DNA of 64,000 nucleotides from Fibrobacteria bacterium. Lineage in GTDB: Bacteria > Fibrobacterota > Chitinivibrionia > Chitinivibrionales > FEN-1185. The translations under genes were made by a program, and so were the position numbers. The notes below the pieces were generated by a model that saw nothing but the letters and a program-made list of their open reading frames with translations, was not told the origin of the DNA and ran no database searches. The DNA lies in contig JBBIGR010000006.1 of the NCBI GenBank assembly GCA_037447435.1, forward strand, positions 32,001 through 96,000. The letters are read 5' to 3'. Of the stretch, positions 49,073-59,182 are shown one piece after another (the stretch's first letter is position 1; every line of letters begins with the position of its first letter).

Positions 49073-50182
49073 TTACTTTACTATTGATATCAACCGGTTT
49101 TGTTCTATTTTCCCATTGGCGAATTTTATGCAATATGCTCCCAACGCAACCGGCCTGCCCAAGAAATCTTTTCCATCCCAGATTCGGCGATAATTCCCCG
49201 CCGTTTGAATCCCGTCGTACAACGTTTGCACAAGGCGTCCGTTTAGGGTCGTGACCGAAACGCAAACACGGTTATCACCTTGTAAACCATAGGAAACCGA
49301 TACCGTGCGGCCGAGCGCGGCCACGGTCATATTATTTTGGCGATCGTTGTCCCCGGCCCGATTGCCCTCGGATGAAACCGACGTCGGCACTTGGGTGGAA
49401 AAATTGATAAAGCCGAATTTCGAGGGCGTGTGAAACGAGCCGTTCATGGTCGGCGAAAAGGCGCTTAAATCCTGCGTCGCCACATTGGTCCGTTGATCGA
49501 TGCGATAAAAATTGATTCGCATCTGGTCGTTGTTTTTCGGCGGAAGCGCTACTTTTTTCGACATATTCGTGTCGAGGGCTTTCCACGGGATCTTGATTTC
49601 CACGGTCATCCCGGTATCGGTATCCTTTGAATTGTTCGCCGTACCGCGGAGTTTGACCGCATTGGTCATGCCCTGCGCATTCCAGCCGGAATTGTCGGTG
49701 GTGACGCTGCCGTTTGAATTTTTTATCAGCCCGTCCCACACGGTATTGAGGCAATTCCATTCCAATTCGATATAGGTCCCCTGGTCCGAGTCGGCATCAA
49801 AAAAGAGTTCGACCGCTTCTTCGTTATACAGTTCGGCATCCCGTTGTGTAAACGTTCCTTTGATATCGTTATCCTGCGTGATGAATGCCGCATAAAAATT
49901 GGTCGAGTCCCAGGTTGCCTTGACTTTTGTCGCTTGCAGCGGCGTGCCTCCGGTAACGTTTTCCTTCATTGAAACCGAATCGATTTGCGACCAGATTTTC
50001 TCGTTCAGAACGCCGTCGATAGTTATCGCGTCTTTGGTCATTTTACAGGTATAGGTCGGCAACGACGTTGTCGTTTTCGCAAGGGCGTTTCCTGCGGAAA
50101 CCGTCTGTGAAAACACGAAGCTCGCCGAACAAAGCAACATTACAAATAATAACACGCGTAACCCATACGTCCGGTTACTCAC
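49073..50182 (-). CDS. Secreted CBM9-like protein with FlgD/T9SS-like C-terminal domain
   Basis: Signal peptide; ITIDGVLNE..W, WD...FY, VELFFD, VEIKIPW, RINFYR, FH.P..FG; WDGKDFLGR.V..GAY. Confidence 0.82.
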   Translation of the reverse strand: MSNRTYGLRVLLFVMLLCSASFVFSQTVSAGNALAKTTTSLPTYTCKMTKDAITIDGVLNEKIWSQIDSVSMKENVTGGTPLQATKVKATWDSTNFYAAFITQDNDIKGTFTQRDAELYNEEAVELFFDADSDQGTYIELEWNCLNTVWDGLIKNSNGSVTTDNSGWNAQGMTNAVKLRGTANNSKDTDTGMTVEIKIPWKALDTNMSKKVALPPKNNDQMRINFYRIDQRTNVATQDLSAFSPTMNGSFHTPSKFGFINFSTQVPTSVSSEGNRAGDNDRQNNMTVAALGRTVSVSYGLQGDNRVCVSVTTLNGRLVQTLYDGIQTAGNYRRIWDGKDFLGRPVALGAYCIKFANGKIEQNRLISIVK

Positions 50183-50203
50183 ATTTGCCCCCTATCGAAA
50201 AGG

Positions 50204-50425
50204 TCATGATGGTTGCTTTTCCGTTTTTTCCTTTATATCCGCTTTTTCCGGAATAATGAACCAACCCACCAAATAAGCGATGATGCCGGGTGCGAAACCG
50301 GTGAAAACCGTTCCGAACACCAATGCGAGCCGAACAAGCGTCGGATCGAAATTGAGCATTTCGCCTATACCTGCGCAAATACCCGCTATCATTTTATTTT
50401 CGGTGTCTCTGTAAATGCGTTTCAT
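50204..50425 (-). CDS. pspC: PspC domain protein
   Basis: KRIYRD..NKMIAGICAGIGE....DPTLVRL...AYLVGWFIIP; GGAGG RBS. Confidence 0.88.
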   Translation of the reverse strand: MKRIYRDTENKMIAGICAGIGEMLNFDPTLVRLALVFGTVFTGFAPGIIAYLVGWFIIPEKADIKEKTEKQPS

Positions 50426-50452
50426 AAAAACCTCCTTTGAAGGATGATGTTT

Positions 50453-52666
50453 TTACCGTTTCCATTTGAAAACAAGAACGGAAAGCGGAGGCAATGTCAA
50501 ATTGAGCGACATGGGTTGATTGTGGAGCGGCACGTCGATTGCAACCGCATTTCCCAAATTGCCGTATCCGGCGCCGCCGTATTCGGACGCATCGGAATTG
50601 AGCACTTCCTGGTAATGACCGCCGAACGGCACGCCGACACGGTAATTGTGCCGGACAACCGGCGCAAAATTACAGACAAAAACAAGGATGTTATGCCATT
50701 CGTTGCCTTTGCGGATAAACGAAATGATCGAATTTTCCGCATCGTTGAAATCGATCCACTGAAAACCGTTGTTTTCGAAATCCAATTCCCACAATGCCGA
50801 TTCGTTTTTGTACAGTTTGTTGACATCGGACATATACTTCAGGAGGCCGTTGTGATGGTAGCAATCGTCTTCCTCGGAAAGGATATGCCAGTTGATTGAT
50901 TGTTCCGCGTCCCATTCCCAATGCATGCCGAATTCGCATCCCTGGAACAAAAGTTTCTTTCCCGGATGACCGAGCATGAATCCGAAAAAAGCCCTGACAT
51001 TTGCAAATTTGCGCCATATGTCGCCGGGCATTTTCTCGAGAAGGCTTCTCTTGCCGTGAACGACTTCGTCGTGCGAAACGACGAGCACGAAATTTTCGGT
51101 GAACGCATACCATAATGCAAACGTGATCTGGTTCTGGTGGAATTTCCGGTATATGGGATCTTTTGAAAAATAGCTGAGCATATCGTGCATCCAACCCATA
51201 TTCCACTTGAGCGTAAACCCCAGACCGCCCAAATACGTCGGCCGCGACACAAGCGGCCATGCCGTGCTTTCCTCGGCAATGGTCACGGCGCCGGGAAATT
51301 TCTCATGCACGAGCCGGTTCATGGTTTGCAAGAAGGAAATCGCTTCCTCGTTCTCCACGCCGCCGTGGCGGTTCGGAATCCATTCCCCTTCTTTACGGCT
51401 GTAATTGCGGTACAGCATGGAGGCGACGGCGTCGACGCGCAACCCGTCGATATGGAATTTTTCCATCCAGAACAACGCATTGGCAAAAAGGAAATTTCTG
51501 ACTTCATGGCGGCCGAAATTGAAAATCAACGTTCCCCAGTCCTTGTGTTCGCCTTCACGGGGGTCGGAATGTTCGTACAGATGCGTGCCGTCGAAATGAG
51601 CCAGCCCCCAGGCGTCTTTGGGAAAATGGCCGGGTACCCAGTCGACGATGACGCCGATGCCCTCGTTGTGCATATAATTGACAAAATATTGAAAATCCTG
51701 GGGCGTGCCGAACCGGTGATTGGGCGCATAAAACCCGCAGACCTGATATCCCCACGAGGGAACGTACGGATGGTCTTGAATAGGCAGCAATTCGACGTGA
51801 GTGAAACCGAGTTCCTTGACATATTGTGCAAGTTCGGCGGCGATTTCACGATAGGTCAACCAATCGCCTTCACGGCTCGGTCCGCTTTTTTTCCATGATC
51901 CCAAATGCACTTCGTAAATGCTCATGGGCCGTTTGAGCGGATCGCTTGTTCGGCGGCTTTCGAGCCAATTGTCGTCGTTCCAGGAAAAGGCATCGAGGTC
52001 GCAGACGATGGTCGCGTGGTTGGGCGGCGCTTCCTGATAATACCCGTACGGATCGGTTTTCATAACCAGATGGTCGCGGTCCCATTTTTTTATTTCGTAT
52101 TTATAAATCGTACCGTTTCCGAGTCCGGGAACGAACAATTCCCATACTCCCGAAGCGCCGAGCAGGCGCATGGGATGCCTTCGTCCGTCCCAATTATTGA
52201 AATTACCGACCAGCGACACCCGTTTTGCATTGGGCGCCCAGACGGCAAAAACGCAACCGTCGACGCCGTCTATCGTTTTGGCATGCGAACCGAGATCGTC
52301 GTAGACGCGCTGATGCGTTCCTTCATTGAACAAATACCGCGAATCTTCGGTCATGACGGGTAAAAAGCCGTAGGGATCGATTATTGTTTTTTTTGTTCCG
52401 TCCAAAAGTACGCATTGGAATTCATACGCAAAAATCAATTTTCTTTGGGATAACGCCGCTTCGAAAATGCCGTCCTCATGAATTTTATTCATGAGGAAAC
52501 CGGTTTTCTTTCCATCACGCTCGCACACTTTTACCGACGCGGCTTCGGGAATGAATGCCCTCACCGTTATACCCGTCGCGCTTTTATGCATACCGAGTAC
52601 TTTAAACGGATCGCGCAAATCGCTCCTCAGAATATCATTGATTTCTTTTTCAGCAAGAATGGCCAT
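50453..52666 (-). CDS. glgB: 1,4-alpha-glucan branching enzyme (GH13_9)
   Basis: VWAPNA, IYEVHLGSW, SWGYQ, DWVPGHFP, RVDAVASM, IAEEST, KWNMGWM, SHDEVVHGK. Confidence 0.96.
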   Translation of the reverse strand: MAILAEKEINDILRSDLRDPFKVLGMHKSATGITVRAFIPEAASVKVCERDGKKTGFLMNKIHEDGIFEAALSQRKLIFAYEFQCVLLDGTKKTIIDPYGFLPVMTEDSRYLFNEGTHQRVYDDLGSHAKTIDGVDGCVFAVWAPNAKRVSLVGNFNNWDGRRHPMRLLGASGVWELFVPGLGNGTIYKYEIKKWDRDHLVMKTDPYGYYQEAPPNHATIVCDLDAFSWNDDNWLESRRTSDPLKRPMSIYEVHLGSWKKSGPSREGDWLTYREIAAELAQYVKELGFTHVELLPIQDHPYVPSWGYQVCGFYAPNHRFGTPQDFQYFVNYMHNEGIGVIVDWVPGHFPKDAWGLAHFDGTHLYEHSDPREGEHKDWGTLIFNFGRHEVRNFLFANALFWMEKFHIDGLRVDAVASMLYRNYSRKEGEWIPNRHGGVENEEAISFLQTMNRLVHEKFPGAVTIAEESTAWPLVSRPTYLGGLGFTLKWNMGWMHDMLSYFSKDPIYRKFHQNQITFALWYAFTENFVLVVSHDEVVHGKRSLLEKMPGDIWRKFANVRAFFGFMLGHPGKKLLFQGCEFGMHWEWDAEQSINWHILSEEDDCYHHNGLLKYMSDVNKLYKNESALWELDFENNGFQWIDFNDAENSIISFIRKGNEWHNILVFVCNFAPVVRHNYRVGVPFGGHYQEVLNSDASEYGGAGYGNLGNAVAIDVPLHNQPMSLNLTLPPLSVLVFKWKR

Positions 52667-52820
52667 AGACTCTCTCTCGATGATGGTGGCGCCGATGCGG
52701 CGATAATCGTCGTATTCCGGTTACTTAAAAAAAGGACTCGAATCAATAAATGGACATAATTTCTTAAAATAACACAAGCCAGGGGGACATTTGGATATTA
52801 TGAATAGAACAGTGAACATG

Positions 52821-52875
52821 AGGGTATGTCGCCCCCTGAATCAGCATGTACGGCTATTCAGGGGGACCATACCCT
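52821..52875. terminator. Long stem-loop at the 3' end of the DUF4861-like gene
   Basis: AGGGTATG..CCCCCTGAAT...ATTCAGGGGG..CATACCCT. Confidence 0.65.
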
Positions 52876-53996
52876 TATTTGGAATGAAGGACGTAGCTTG
52901 TAATCCGTTTCTGACCGGTTTTATCCAGGTATTCGAAAATGTATACGCCGTTGCGCATAATTGCGTTGCGCGAAAGAGGTTGCAGGGATACGCACTTGCC
53001 GTTCAGATCGAATGCCTTTTCCACCCGAAATTCCGACAGGTTTTTATCACCGGAAATTTTCGTTTTCATCGCAGGGACCGCTATGGCAGTCGGTGTCGTA
53101 AAAAGGGTGTCCTGCCACTTGGTGCCGTTATAAATTTGCAGCGGCTCTTTTGCCCAATTATATGCCATGGCCCATTGAACTTTTTTATTTGCATCGGGAG
53201 TAAGCACCATGCCGTAATTTATGGAATCGTCGGAAAAGCTGCTGAAATATTTCTTATCGGCATAGACGGCGAGCAAACACGAATCCGTATAGGTTTCAAC
53301 GATACCCGCCTGCTTTCCGAGCGTTGCCAACAATGCTTTATTGGGATCCTTGACGAGTGTCACGCCGGCATTGACATATTTACGAAGGCATACCACCACT
53401 TTTCCGGAGTAATTCCCGGTTATGGTCAAATCGCAGTATGTCGGCCTGATATCTTGCTTCGTGGCGATTGTCCATTCGAGGTTGTTTTTGGAACCGTTTA
53501 CCGAAAGCCCCCAGTATTTGACGATAATGGAGGGAGTTTGAACGCTTGAATCCTTGACCGTTATGGTCATGCTGTCGAGGTTCTCCCCGAGCGCCGGGTT
53601 TATCCACGTACCGTTATCGAAAAGGTTGAAGCCCCCAAGGCCTCGACAATTTCCCGCTTTGAAAATATCGCCACCCCATGTATGGTCGGCATGGAGTTCG
53701 AAATTTGCCGAATCTGCATAGTGCAGTATGGGATCGTATTTGTATTTTCCAACAATGTCAACTGAGTTGCGGTTACCGTTGTCGGCATAATAGCGCATCG
53801 CATTGTATTTATTTTCCCATGCAGGCCCTTCGAGTTCGCCGAAATATTTATGGCCTGCGGTCGCGGTTATTGTCGTTGATTTGAGATGCTTTCCGTTCAA
53901 AATGAGTACCGCGCCGTTGGGCGCTGCAAAGCCCGAATAAGAAATGAAGCTCAAACCGGCAGCCATAGCCATACACAATTTACCAATACTATTCAT
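52875..53996 (-). CDS. Secreted DUF4861-like protein with short C-terminal sorting-like domain
   Basis: EGPAWEN...RYY...RNSVDIVGK...WGGDIFKAG...GLGG; FDLNGK...RNGVYI; start MNSIGK with GAGG RBS. Confidence 0.7.
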   Translation of the reverse strand: MNSIGKLCMAMAAGLSFISYSGFAAPNGAVLILNGKHLKSTTITATAGHKYFGELEGPAWENKYNAMRYYADNGNRNSVDIVGKYKYDPILHYADSANFELHADHTWGGDIFKAGNCRGLGGFNLFDNGTWINPALGENLDSMTITVKDSSVQTPSIIVKYWGLSVNGSKNNLEWTIATKQDIRPTYCDLTITGNYSGKVVVCLRKYVNAGVTLVKDPNKALLATLGKQAGIVETYTDSCLLAVYADKKYFSSFSDDSINYGMVLTPDANKKVQWAMAYNWAKEPLQIYNGTKWQDTLFTTPTAIAVPAMKTKISGDKNLSEFRVEKAFDLNGKCVSLQPLSRNAIMRNGVYIFEYLDKTGQKRITSYVLHSK

Positions 53997-54030
53997 ACGA
54001 CCTCGTTTGTTTAGTACGTAAGGCGACCTG

Positions 54031-55086
54031 TTACAAAACGACCACTCTCCGCGAATACACTTTATCGTTTTCATACAGTCTTGCGATATAGACGCCTTTA
54101 CGCATGTTTTTGATAAGCGAAAGCGCATCGACGGTGCCGTTGCTTTTTTGCAATTTTTCCGTAAAATCGGCGACGCATTGCCCGAGTACCGTATACACGA
54201 CCAACCGCGATTTCACGGGGTTTTTCGCATAAAGCGGTACGGCGTTATAGGGATTGGATGAATGAACGGAACTGAGGCCTTCCTGATACACGCGAATATA
54301 ATCGATATACATTTTCTGCGGGAAAATGGCCTGATCTATTTGCTGGCCCTGGAAATCCCCGCCGATTGCGATATTGGCCAAAAAGAAAAAATTCTGGTGA
54401 TGCGCAGGGATTTTCGACACATCGAATTCCCAGAATTTCACATCGTCGAAATAATATTCGTATTTCAGGGAAGTCCTTTTGACTGCATACAAGTGATAGT
54501 TTTGCGACAGGCTTTCCTTGTACTTTTGAATCGGCGAGGAATTGAAAACCGGGTTGCCGCTCGCATTTCCATAATGACAAGTGGTTATAAAATTGCTGTC
54601 GCCGAAACCGCCGTTATAGCCGTTGGGCCCGGTTTTGGTCTCGTACATTTCTATTTCACCGCAATTTGGCCACTTGACCGAATCGATATTCCTGCCCTCC
54701 AGCCAAAACGCCGGCCACAGCCCTTTCCCAAACGGGGTTTTAATCCTTGCTTCATAATACCCATAACCGAAATCCTTTTTATTCTTTGAGGTAATCCGGC
54801 ACGAGGTGTATTTGTATGCCGTACCCGAATACGTGACATTTTCCTTTTTTGCCCATAAAATCGCGGAGCCGTTTTCTATAGTCAAATTTGAACCCTTCGT
54901 GTAGAGCTCCTGTTCGGCATTGGAGCCTCCGCCGACCTGATACGACCAGGTTTTCAACGTGTCGAAATTCGGTTGATCAAATTCATCGGACCATAAAAGG
55001 CCGTACCCTGCCGGCGGTGTTGCGAATACGGAATTGAGGCAGATAAAAACAAGCCCGAGACCCAAGCCAGTGCAACGTTTCATCAT
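54031..55086 (-). CDS. Glycoside hydrolase family 16 (second paralog) with C-terminal sorting-like domain
   Basis: WSDEFD, YGYYEAR, GLWPAFW, CGEIEMYE, NIAIGG, IDYIRVYQ; KGVYIARL. Confidence 0.9.
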   Translation of the reverse strand: MMKRCTGLGLGLVFICLNSVFATPPAGYGLLWSDEFDQPNFDTLKTWSYQVGGGSNAEQELYTKGSNLTIENGSAILWAKKENVTYSGTAYKYTSCRITSKNKKDFGYGYYEARIKTPFGKGLWPAFWLEGRNIDSVKWPNCGEIEMYETKTGPNGYNGGFGDSNFITTCHYGNASGNPVFNSSPIQKYKESLSQNYHLYAVKRTSLKYEYYFDDVKFWEFDVSKIPAHHQNFFFLANIAIGGDFQGQQIDQAIFPQKMYIDYIRVYQEGLSSVHSSNPYNAVPLYAKNPVKSRLVVYTVLGQCVADFTEKLQKSNGTVDALSLIKNMRKGVYIARLYENDKVYSRRVVVL

Positions 55087-55308
55087 TCATTTCCCCCTTT
55101 TGCCGCGAATATGATTTAATTACATATTTCATGCAGATACCCTACCGTCTGTTCCGTACAAAACGGTCTGAACCATAATATAAGAAATGTTTATTTAAGA
55201 ATGATTAAAATTACAGCGACTAGAGGCATGAATTGGCGCAAGATACCATGGAGCGGATATTACACTTATGTCTTTTATACATATTAAAAGTGGGAATATA
55301 AATAGGGG

Positions 55309-55337
55309 GGGTGAAACCGAAATTGAGGATTTCACCC
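55309..55337 (-). terminator. Putative terminator hairpin
   Basis: GGGTGAAA...TTTCACCC just past the esterase stop codon. Confidence 0.5.
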
Positions 55338-55354
55338 ATTACACTGTATTGCGG

Positions 55355-56827
55355 TTACTTCGAAATGGTCCTGAAAAATTTCATAAACAGCGTGCGCGTC
55401 GTATCCGTTGCATTACCCATATGATCGACCATATCCTGGTGGATATTGCCCGGAATATTGGTGTACTCGACTGCGGTGCTTCCGGCCTTGACCAATTCGC
55501 TATATAACAATTGGTTGTTGGCCGGGGTTCCGACTTCGGCGGATCCGGTAAAAATATGCAACGGCTTTTCGAATTTCCGAACATTGCCGAGCGGCGCCCA
55601 TTTCGTGATCGAACTTGACGAAATTCCAAGATCGGCGGCAACTTGCGTATGCGTGTAGGTTTGCGCGCTCAAAGGTAAAAAACCGCGCACCAGGCTCGGC
55701 GAAAAATTAATGTTTGTAAAATACGTTGTGTCAAGCGCAATCATCAATGTAAGGTAAGCGCCGGCCGAAAACCCGCTGACGAAAACATTGTCGGGGTCTC
55801 CGCCGTACGGTTCGATATTACGCTGCACCCAGGCAACCGCGGCAGCGGCATCGTTCATGTAATCCGGGCATTTTCCGCCCGCCCCGCCGCCGAGGCGATA
55901 ATTCGGCGATACCATAATTATACTGGAATCCAGAAATTTGTACCCGAAGCCGTTGCCGCCGCCGCTCCCGGTCGCCGTCCATCCTTCGGCCTTGCTTCCG
56001 GAATTGAGTCCGCCGCCGAACAAATGCACCAAAACCGGATACGGTTTGCCGGTCCATTTGGACGACTCCGGCACGTGCACGTCGAGTTTGCATTGCGTTT
56101 TTTCGTATGCTGTCAACGAACTGCCGGTTTTATACGGGATGTCCTGATAAAGCCCGTATTTGGCATTTTTAGGATCCGTCGCTTTATTGGTAAGCAATTG
56201 CATCGAAAAATCCTGCGTTCCCTCATACGATGCGATTTGCTTAACGGATTTCTGGAACCCTACCGCAACCACGGAAATCGAGTCGGTTATTGCGGCGGAT
56301 TTCGCCAGACCTCCGTTGGCCCCGGCAGGAATAGTCATCGCGGAGACGTTTGCGCCCGCGTTTTCATACGCACAGGTAAACGTGTTGTTTCCGATCGTCA
56401 CGGCGACCACATACGGTTGGCTTGGTCGGAGGCTTAAAGCGGGAGGTATCTGATAACGCCCCGATGCGAGCGTCGCGGTAAAAACATCGGCAATCAATTT
56501 CCCTGCAATCGTATACGTCCGGATTACTACGCGCTGCGGCACCGCCGAACGTATCGTAAAGCAAACTTTTCCGTTTTTTATGTCCGGTACGGAAGCATCG
56601 GCAATTTTCATCATGCGGTTTTGGACCGGCGTCAGGAGAATTTGGTATTTGCCGTTAGCGTCTGTCAAAGTGGTCCGGGCTTGCCCAAGCACCGTGACCT
56701 TAGCATTGGCAATACCTTTATTACCCGCATCGGTGACCGTACCGGTCAAATTGATTTGAGCGAAAGCTGAAAAACACTCGGCGCAAAGCGCCAAAACACA
56801 GAAACGTAAACCGTACGAAGCAAACAT
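55355..56827 (-). CDS. Secreted alpha/beta-hydrolase (HSL/BD-FAE-like esterase) with N-terminal carboxypeptidase-regulatory-like module
   Basis: LTGTVTD...IANAKV...TLTDANGKY; KLDVHVP, FGGGL, NYRL, YGGDPDNVFVSGFSAGAYL (GxSxG), C-terminal His. Confidence 0.82.
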   Translation of the reverse strand: MFASYGLRFCVLALCAECFSAFAQINLTGTVTDAGNKGIANAKVTVLGQARTTLTDANGKYQILLTPVQNRMMKIADASVPDIKNGKVCFTIRSAVPQRVVIRTYTIAGKLIADVFTATLASGRYQIPPALSLRPSQPYVVAVTIGNNTFTCAYENAGANVSAMTIPAGANGGLAKSAAITDSISVVAVGFQKSVKQIASYEGTQDFSMQLLTNKATDPKNAKYGLYQDIPYKTGSSLTAYEKTQCKLDVHVPESSKWTGKPYPVLVHLFGGGLNSGSKAEGWTATGSGGGNGFGYKFLDSSIIMVSPNYRLGGGAGGKCPDYMNDAAAAVAWVQRNIEPYGGDPDNVFVSGFSAGAYLTLMIALDTTYFTNINFSPSLVRGFLPLSAQTYTHTQVAADLGISSSSITKWAPLGNVRKFEKPLHIFTGSAEVGTPANNQLLYSELVKAGSTAVEYTNIPGNIHQDMVDHMGNATDTTRTLFMKFFRTISK

Positions 56828-56983
56828 CGATCCCCCCTGAATGAATATTTTTATAATTTCATAATTTTAGTATTTTTTATAAAAACAAAATACAATCTAA
56901 TAATATACGATGTTTTGCAATAAATTTCTATTTTTTTTAAAACTTATGTCAATACTTAAGACGGTGGGCTTTTTTTAAGAAAG

Positions 56984-57016
56984 AAAAAGGGCCCCGGTTT
57001 TGTACCGCGGCCCTTT
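56984..57016 (-). terminator. Intrinsic terminator
   Basis: Minus strand AAAGGGCCGCGGT-ACAAA-ACCGGGGCCCTTTTT. Confidence 0.75.
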
Positions 57017-57042
57017 GCATTGAAGATTTTTCGAAAAGCAAA

Positions 57043-58026
57043 TTACAAGAACTTCCGTATCCTTTCCCAACCGTTAGATGGAATTTGCGCGCCAACCACC
57101 TGGCATACTTCATACCCGCAAGCAGCTCCAATGAGCCCTGCTTTTTCAATTGAATATCCGTTAACCAACCCGTACAAAAACCCTGAAGCCCATAAGTCAC
57201 CTGCGCCGGTCGTATCGATTGCCGAGCCCGACCCGAGTATGCCGATTTTAGCCTTTTGTCCCTTGTGGGCAATAAGGCTTCCGCGCTTGCCGACTTTAAC
57301 CACTGCGGTGTCGGCTTTTTGCGACAATGCTTCCAAAGCTTTTTCCTCATCGCTAAATCCCGTAAATGCGCGCGCTTCATCTTCATTGGCAATGATAATG
57401 TCCACATAATCGCGAACGATTTCTTCTAAAATATTCTTTGACGCTTCGACAACCGTAAAGCTGGCCAAATCCAAGGAAACAAGGGCACCGCTTTCCTGAG
57501 CGGCTTTAAGCGCGGAAAAAATAAGCGTTTGATTAAAAAGCAAGTACCCTTCGATATGAACGAGAACCGCATCGGCAAAGTACTCTTTTCGCAATTCTTC
57601 GGGTTTTGTTTCGGACGATGCGCCGAGGAACGTTAACATGGAGCGCTGCGCATCGGGCGTAATGATGGACAATACGCGTCCGGTCGCTGTTTGCGAAAGA
57701 GAAAGTTTCGGTTGCACCTTATGTTTTTGCAACGCGTCTTCGAATAATTTCCCGAGCTCGTCGTTACCGCGTTTACCGATGAAACGTGCCGCCTGGCCCA
57801 AACTGCCGATTCCCAAAAGCGTATTGCATGCCGAACCGCCCGGGACTATTGACGCAGGTTTTGAAGCTTTTGCAACCAGCGCATCGATAATTCCCGACTC
57901 GGGCAAAAGAGTCATGCCGCCTTTTTGGGCCTTGGCAGAGGATATGAATTCATCGGATTCCTGAATAAGAATATCGACTAAAGCGCTGCCAATGCCGACG
58001 ATGACATTTTTTTTAGAATTGTTCAT
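57043..58026 (-). CDS. PfkB-family adenosine/nucleoside kinase-like protein
   Basis: GIGSALVDI, KGGMTL, PGGSACNT, ITPDAQRSM.TFLGA, IEGYL, ANEDEA, intact DTTGAGD. Confidence 0.88.
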   Translation of the reverse strand: MNNSKKNVIVGIGSALVDILIQESDEFISSAKAQKGGMTLLPESGIIDALVAKASKPASIVPGGSACNTLLGIGSLGQAARFIGKRGNDELGKLFEDALQKHKVQPKLSLSQTATGRVLSIITPDAQRSMLTFLGASSETKPEELRKEYFADAVLVHIEGYLLFNQTLIFSALKAAQESGALVSLDLASFTVVEASKNILEEIVRDYVDIIIANEDEARAFTGFSDEEKALEALSQKADTAVVKVGKRGSLIAHKGQKAKIGILGSGSAIDTTGAGDLWASGFLYGLVNGYSIEKAGLIGAACGYEVCQVVGAQIPSNGWERIRKFL

Positions 58027-58256
58027 AACGCCTTCGGTTCCTTACAAAAAAATGGTTTACTTATTGCCGCTCGCGCGACCGGAGCAAGGTTTTGGAGACC
58101 GCGATTGTGACCGGAGGTATCCGGTAAGCAGTCTGCAATACACTCGTTTTGTGCGTAATGATAAAATCCGAGTAGCGTTTATAAAATAATTCTTTTTTCA
58201 TTCAAAAATCCCTATGAGTTTTTTTATGCTCCGGTGTAATAAATTTTCATTTTTTC

Positions 58257-58285
58257 TTGACAACGTTTTTGTTCCATGGTAAACT
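58257..58285 (+). promoter_or_regulatory. Sigma70-type promoter
   Basis: TTGACA-17 nt-TAAACT upstream of the lipoprotein gene. Confidence 0.65.
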
Positions 58286-58359
58286 TTTTTTAACAATTTT
58301 TCACAATAGCAATATTCGCCTTTTCTATTCATTTTTAATCACATTTTCAAAGGAGCGGT

Positions 58360-58836
58360 ATGAAGATTCTTGCAACACTTGCAGCCGGAGCGGTTTTGGC
58401 AATTTCCCTTATTGGATGCGGTGACAGCAGTTCACCGACGGCGCCAGCGACCACCTTGACAAATTCAGTTGCGGCAGAACTTGTTGGAACATGGGTACGG
58501 GTTGATTCTACGGGTGCAATTTTTCCAATGGAAAATGACACCATGTTTATCACGAGTACAAAATTTAGAATAATTAATAACCGTACAGTGTCGGGAAGTA
58601 TCGATTCTATCGTATACCCGGGAACACCATTGTCCGGTGGTACTCAATATATCAAGGCAGCGAGCGGAAAAATTAAAACCATTGAAGACACCCCTCCATT
58701 CGGACAAACGGAATGGGTACGATATGATTACAAAATCGTTGGAAACCTTGTTTTATTAAGCATGTTTGGAACATCGACATCCGATCCTAATGCAGTCACT
58801 TTCGCAACCGCTGATTATATTTACAAAAAATTATAA
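58360..58836 (+). CDS. Hypothetical lipoprotein (lipocalin-like LVGTW start)
   Basis: AGGAG RBS; lipobox LIGC; ELVGTW. Confidence 0.75.
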   Translation: MKILATLAAGAVLAISLIGCGDSSSPTAPATTLTNSVAAELVGTWVRVDSTGAIFPMENDTMFITSTKFRIINNRTVSGSIDSIVYPGTPLSGGTQYIKAASGKIKTIEDTPPFGQTEWVRYDYKIVGNLVLLSMFGTSTSDPNAVTFATADYIYKKL

Positions 58837-58859
58837 TAGCAGGTGTTCCGAATTGATAT

Positions 58860-58895
58860 AAAAGGGATATTGCAAAAATGCAATATCCCTTTTTT
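58860..58895. terminator. Intrinsic terminator
   Basis: AAAAGGGATATTGCA-AAAA-TGCAATATCCCTTTTTT. Confidence 0.9.
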
Positions 58896-59182
58896 CATGA
58901 CTATTTCACCCAATATATTGAGAGCATTTCCGAGCGGCTTTGCTGAATTGAATTAATTTTTAGTTAAAATATCGGGAAATTTTATCGACATTTATGAATA
59001 TAGCAAAACAGTGACGAATGATAACATTGTGCGTTTTATACATAAATTAGGTGCAAATATAAATAGGTTTTGAAAAAAAATATATTCTATTGTATAATTA
59101 ACAGGTAAAAGTAATTATTTACCCGGGGCGAATGACTCTATAATTTAATCGGTTAACTAACATTCTTCGATCAGGACATGCC

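Noticed and set aside
49038..49265. 76-aa N-terminal extension of ProS, and similar extensions of the GGDEF, iorA, iorB, livG, livF, paaK3 and DUF4861 ORFs
   Set aside because: Longest-ORF artefacts overlapping upstream genes; family homology begins at the downstream starts used here
58079..58090. CCGGAGCAAGG resembling an RNase P RNA segment
   Set aside because: No GAGGAAAGTCC or other RNase P conserved regions, and the spacer is too short
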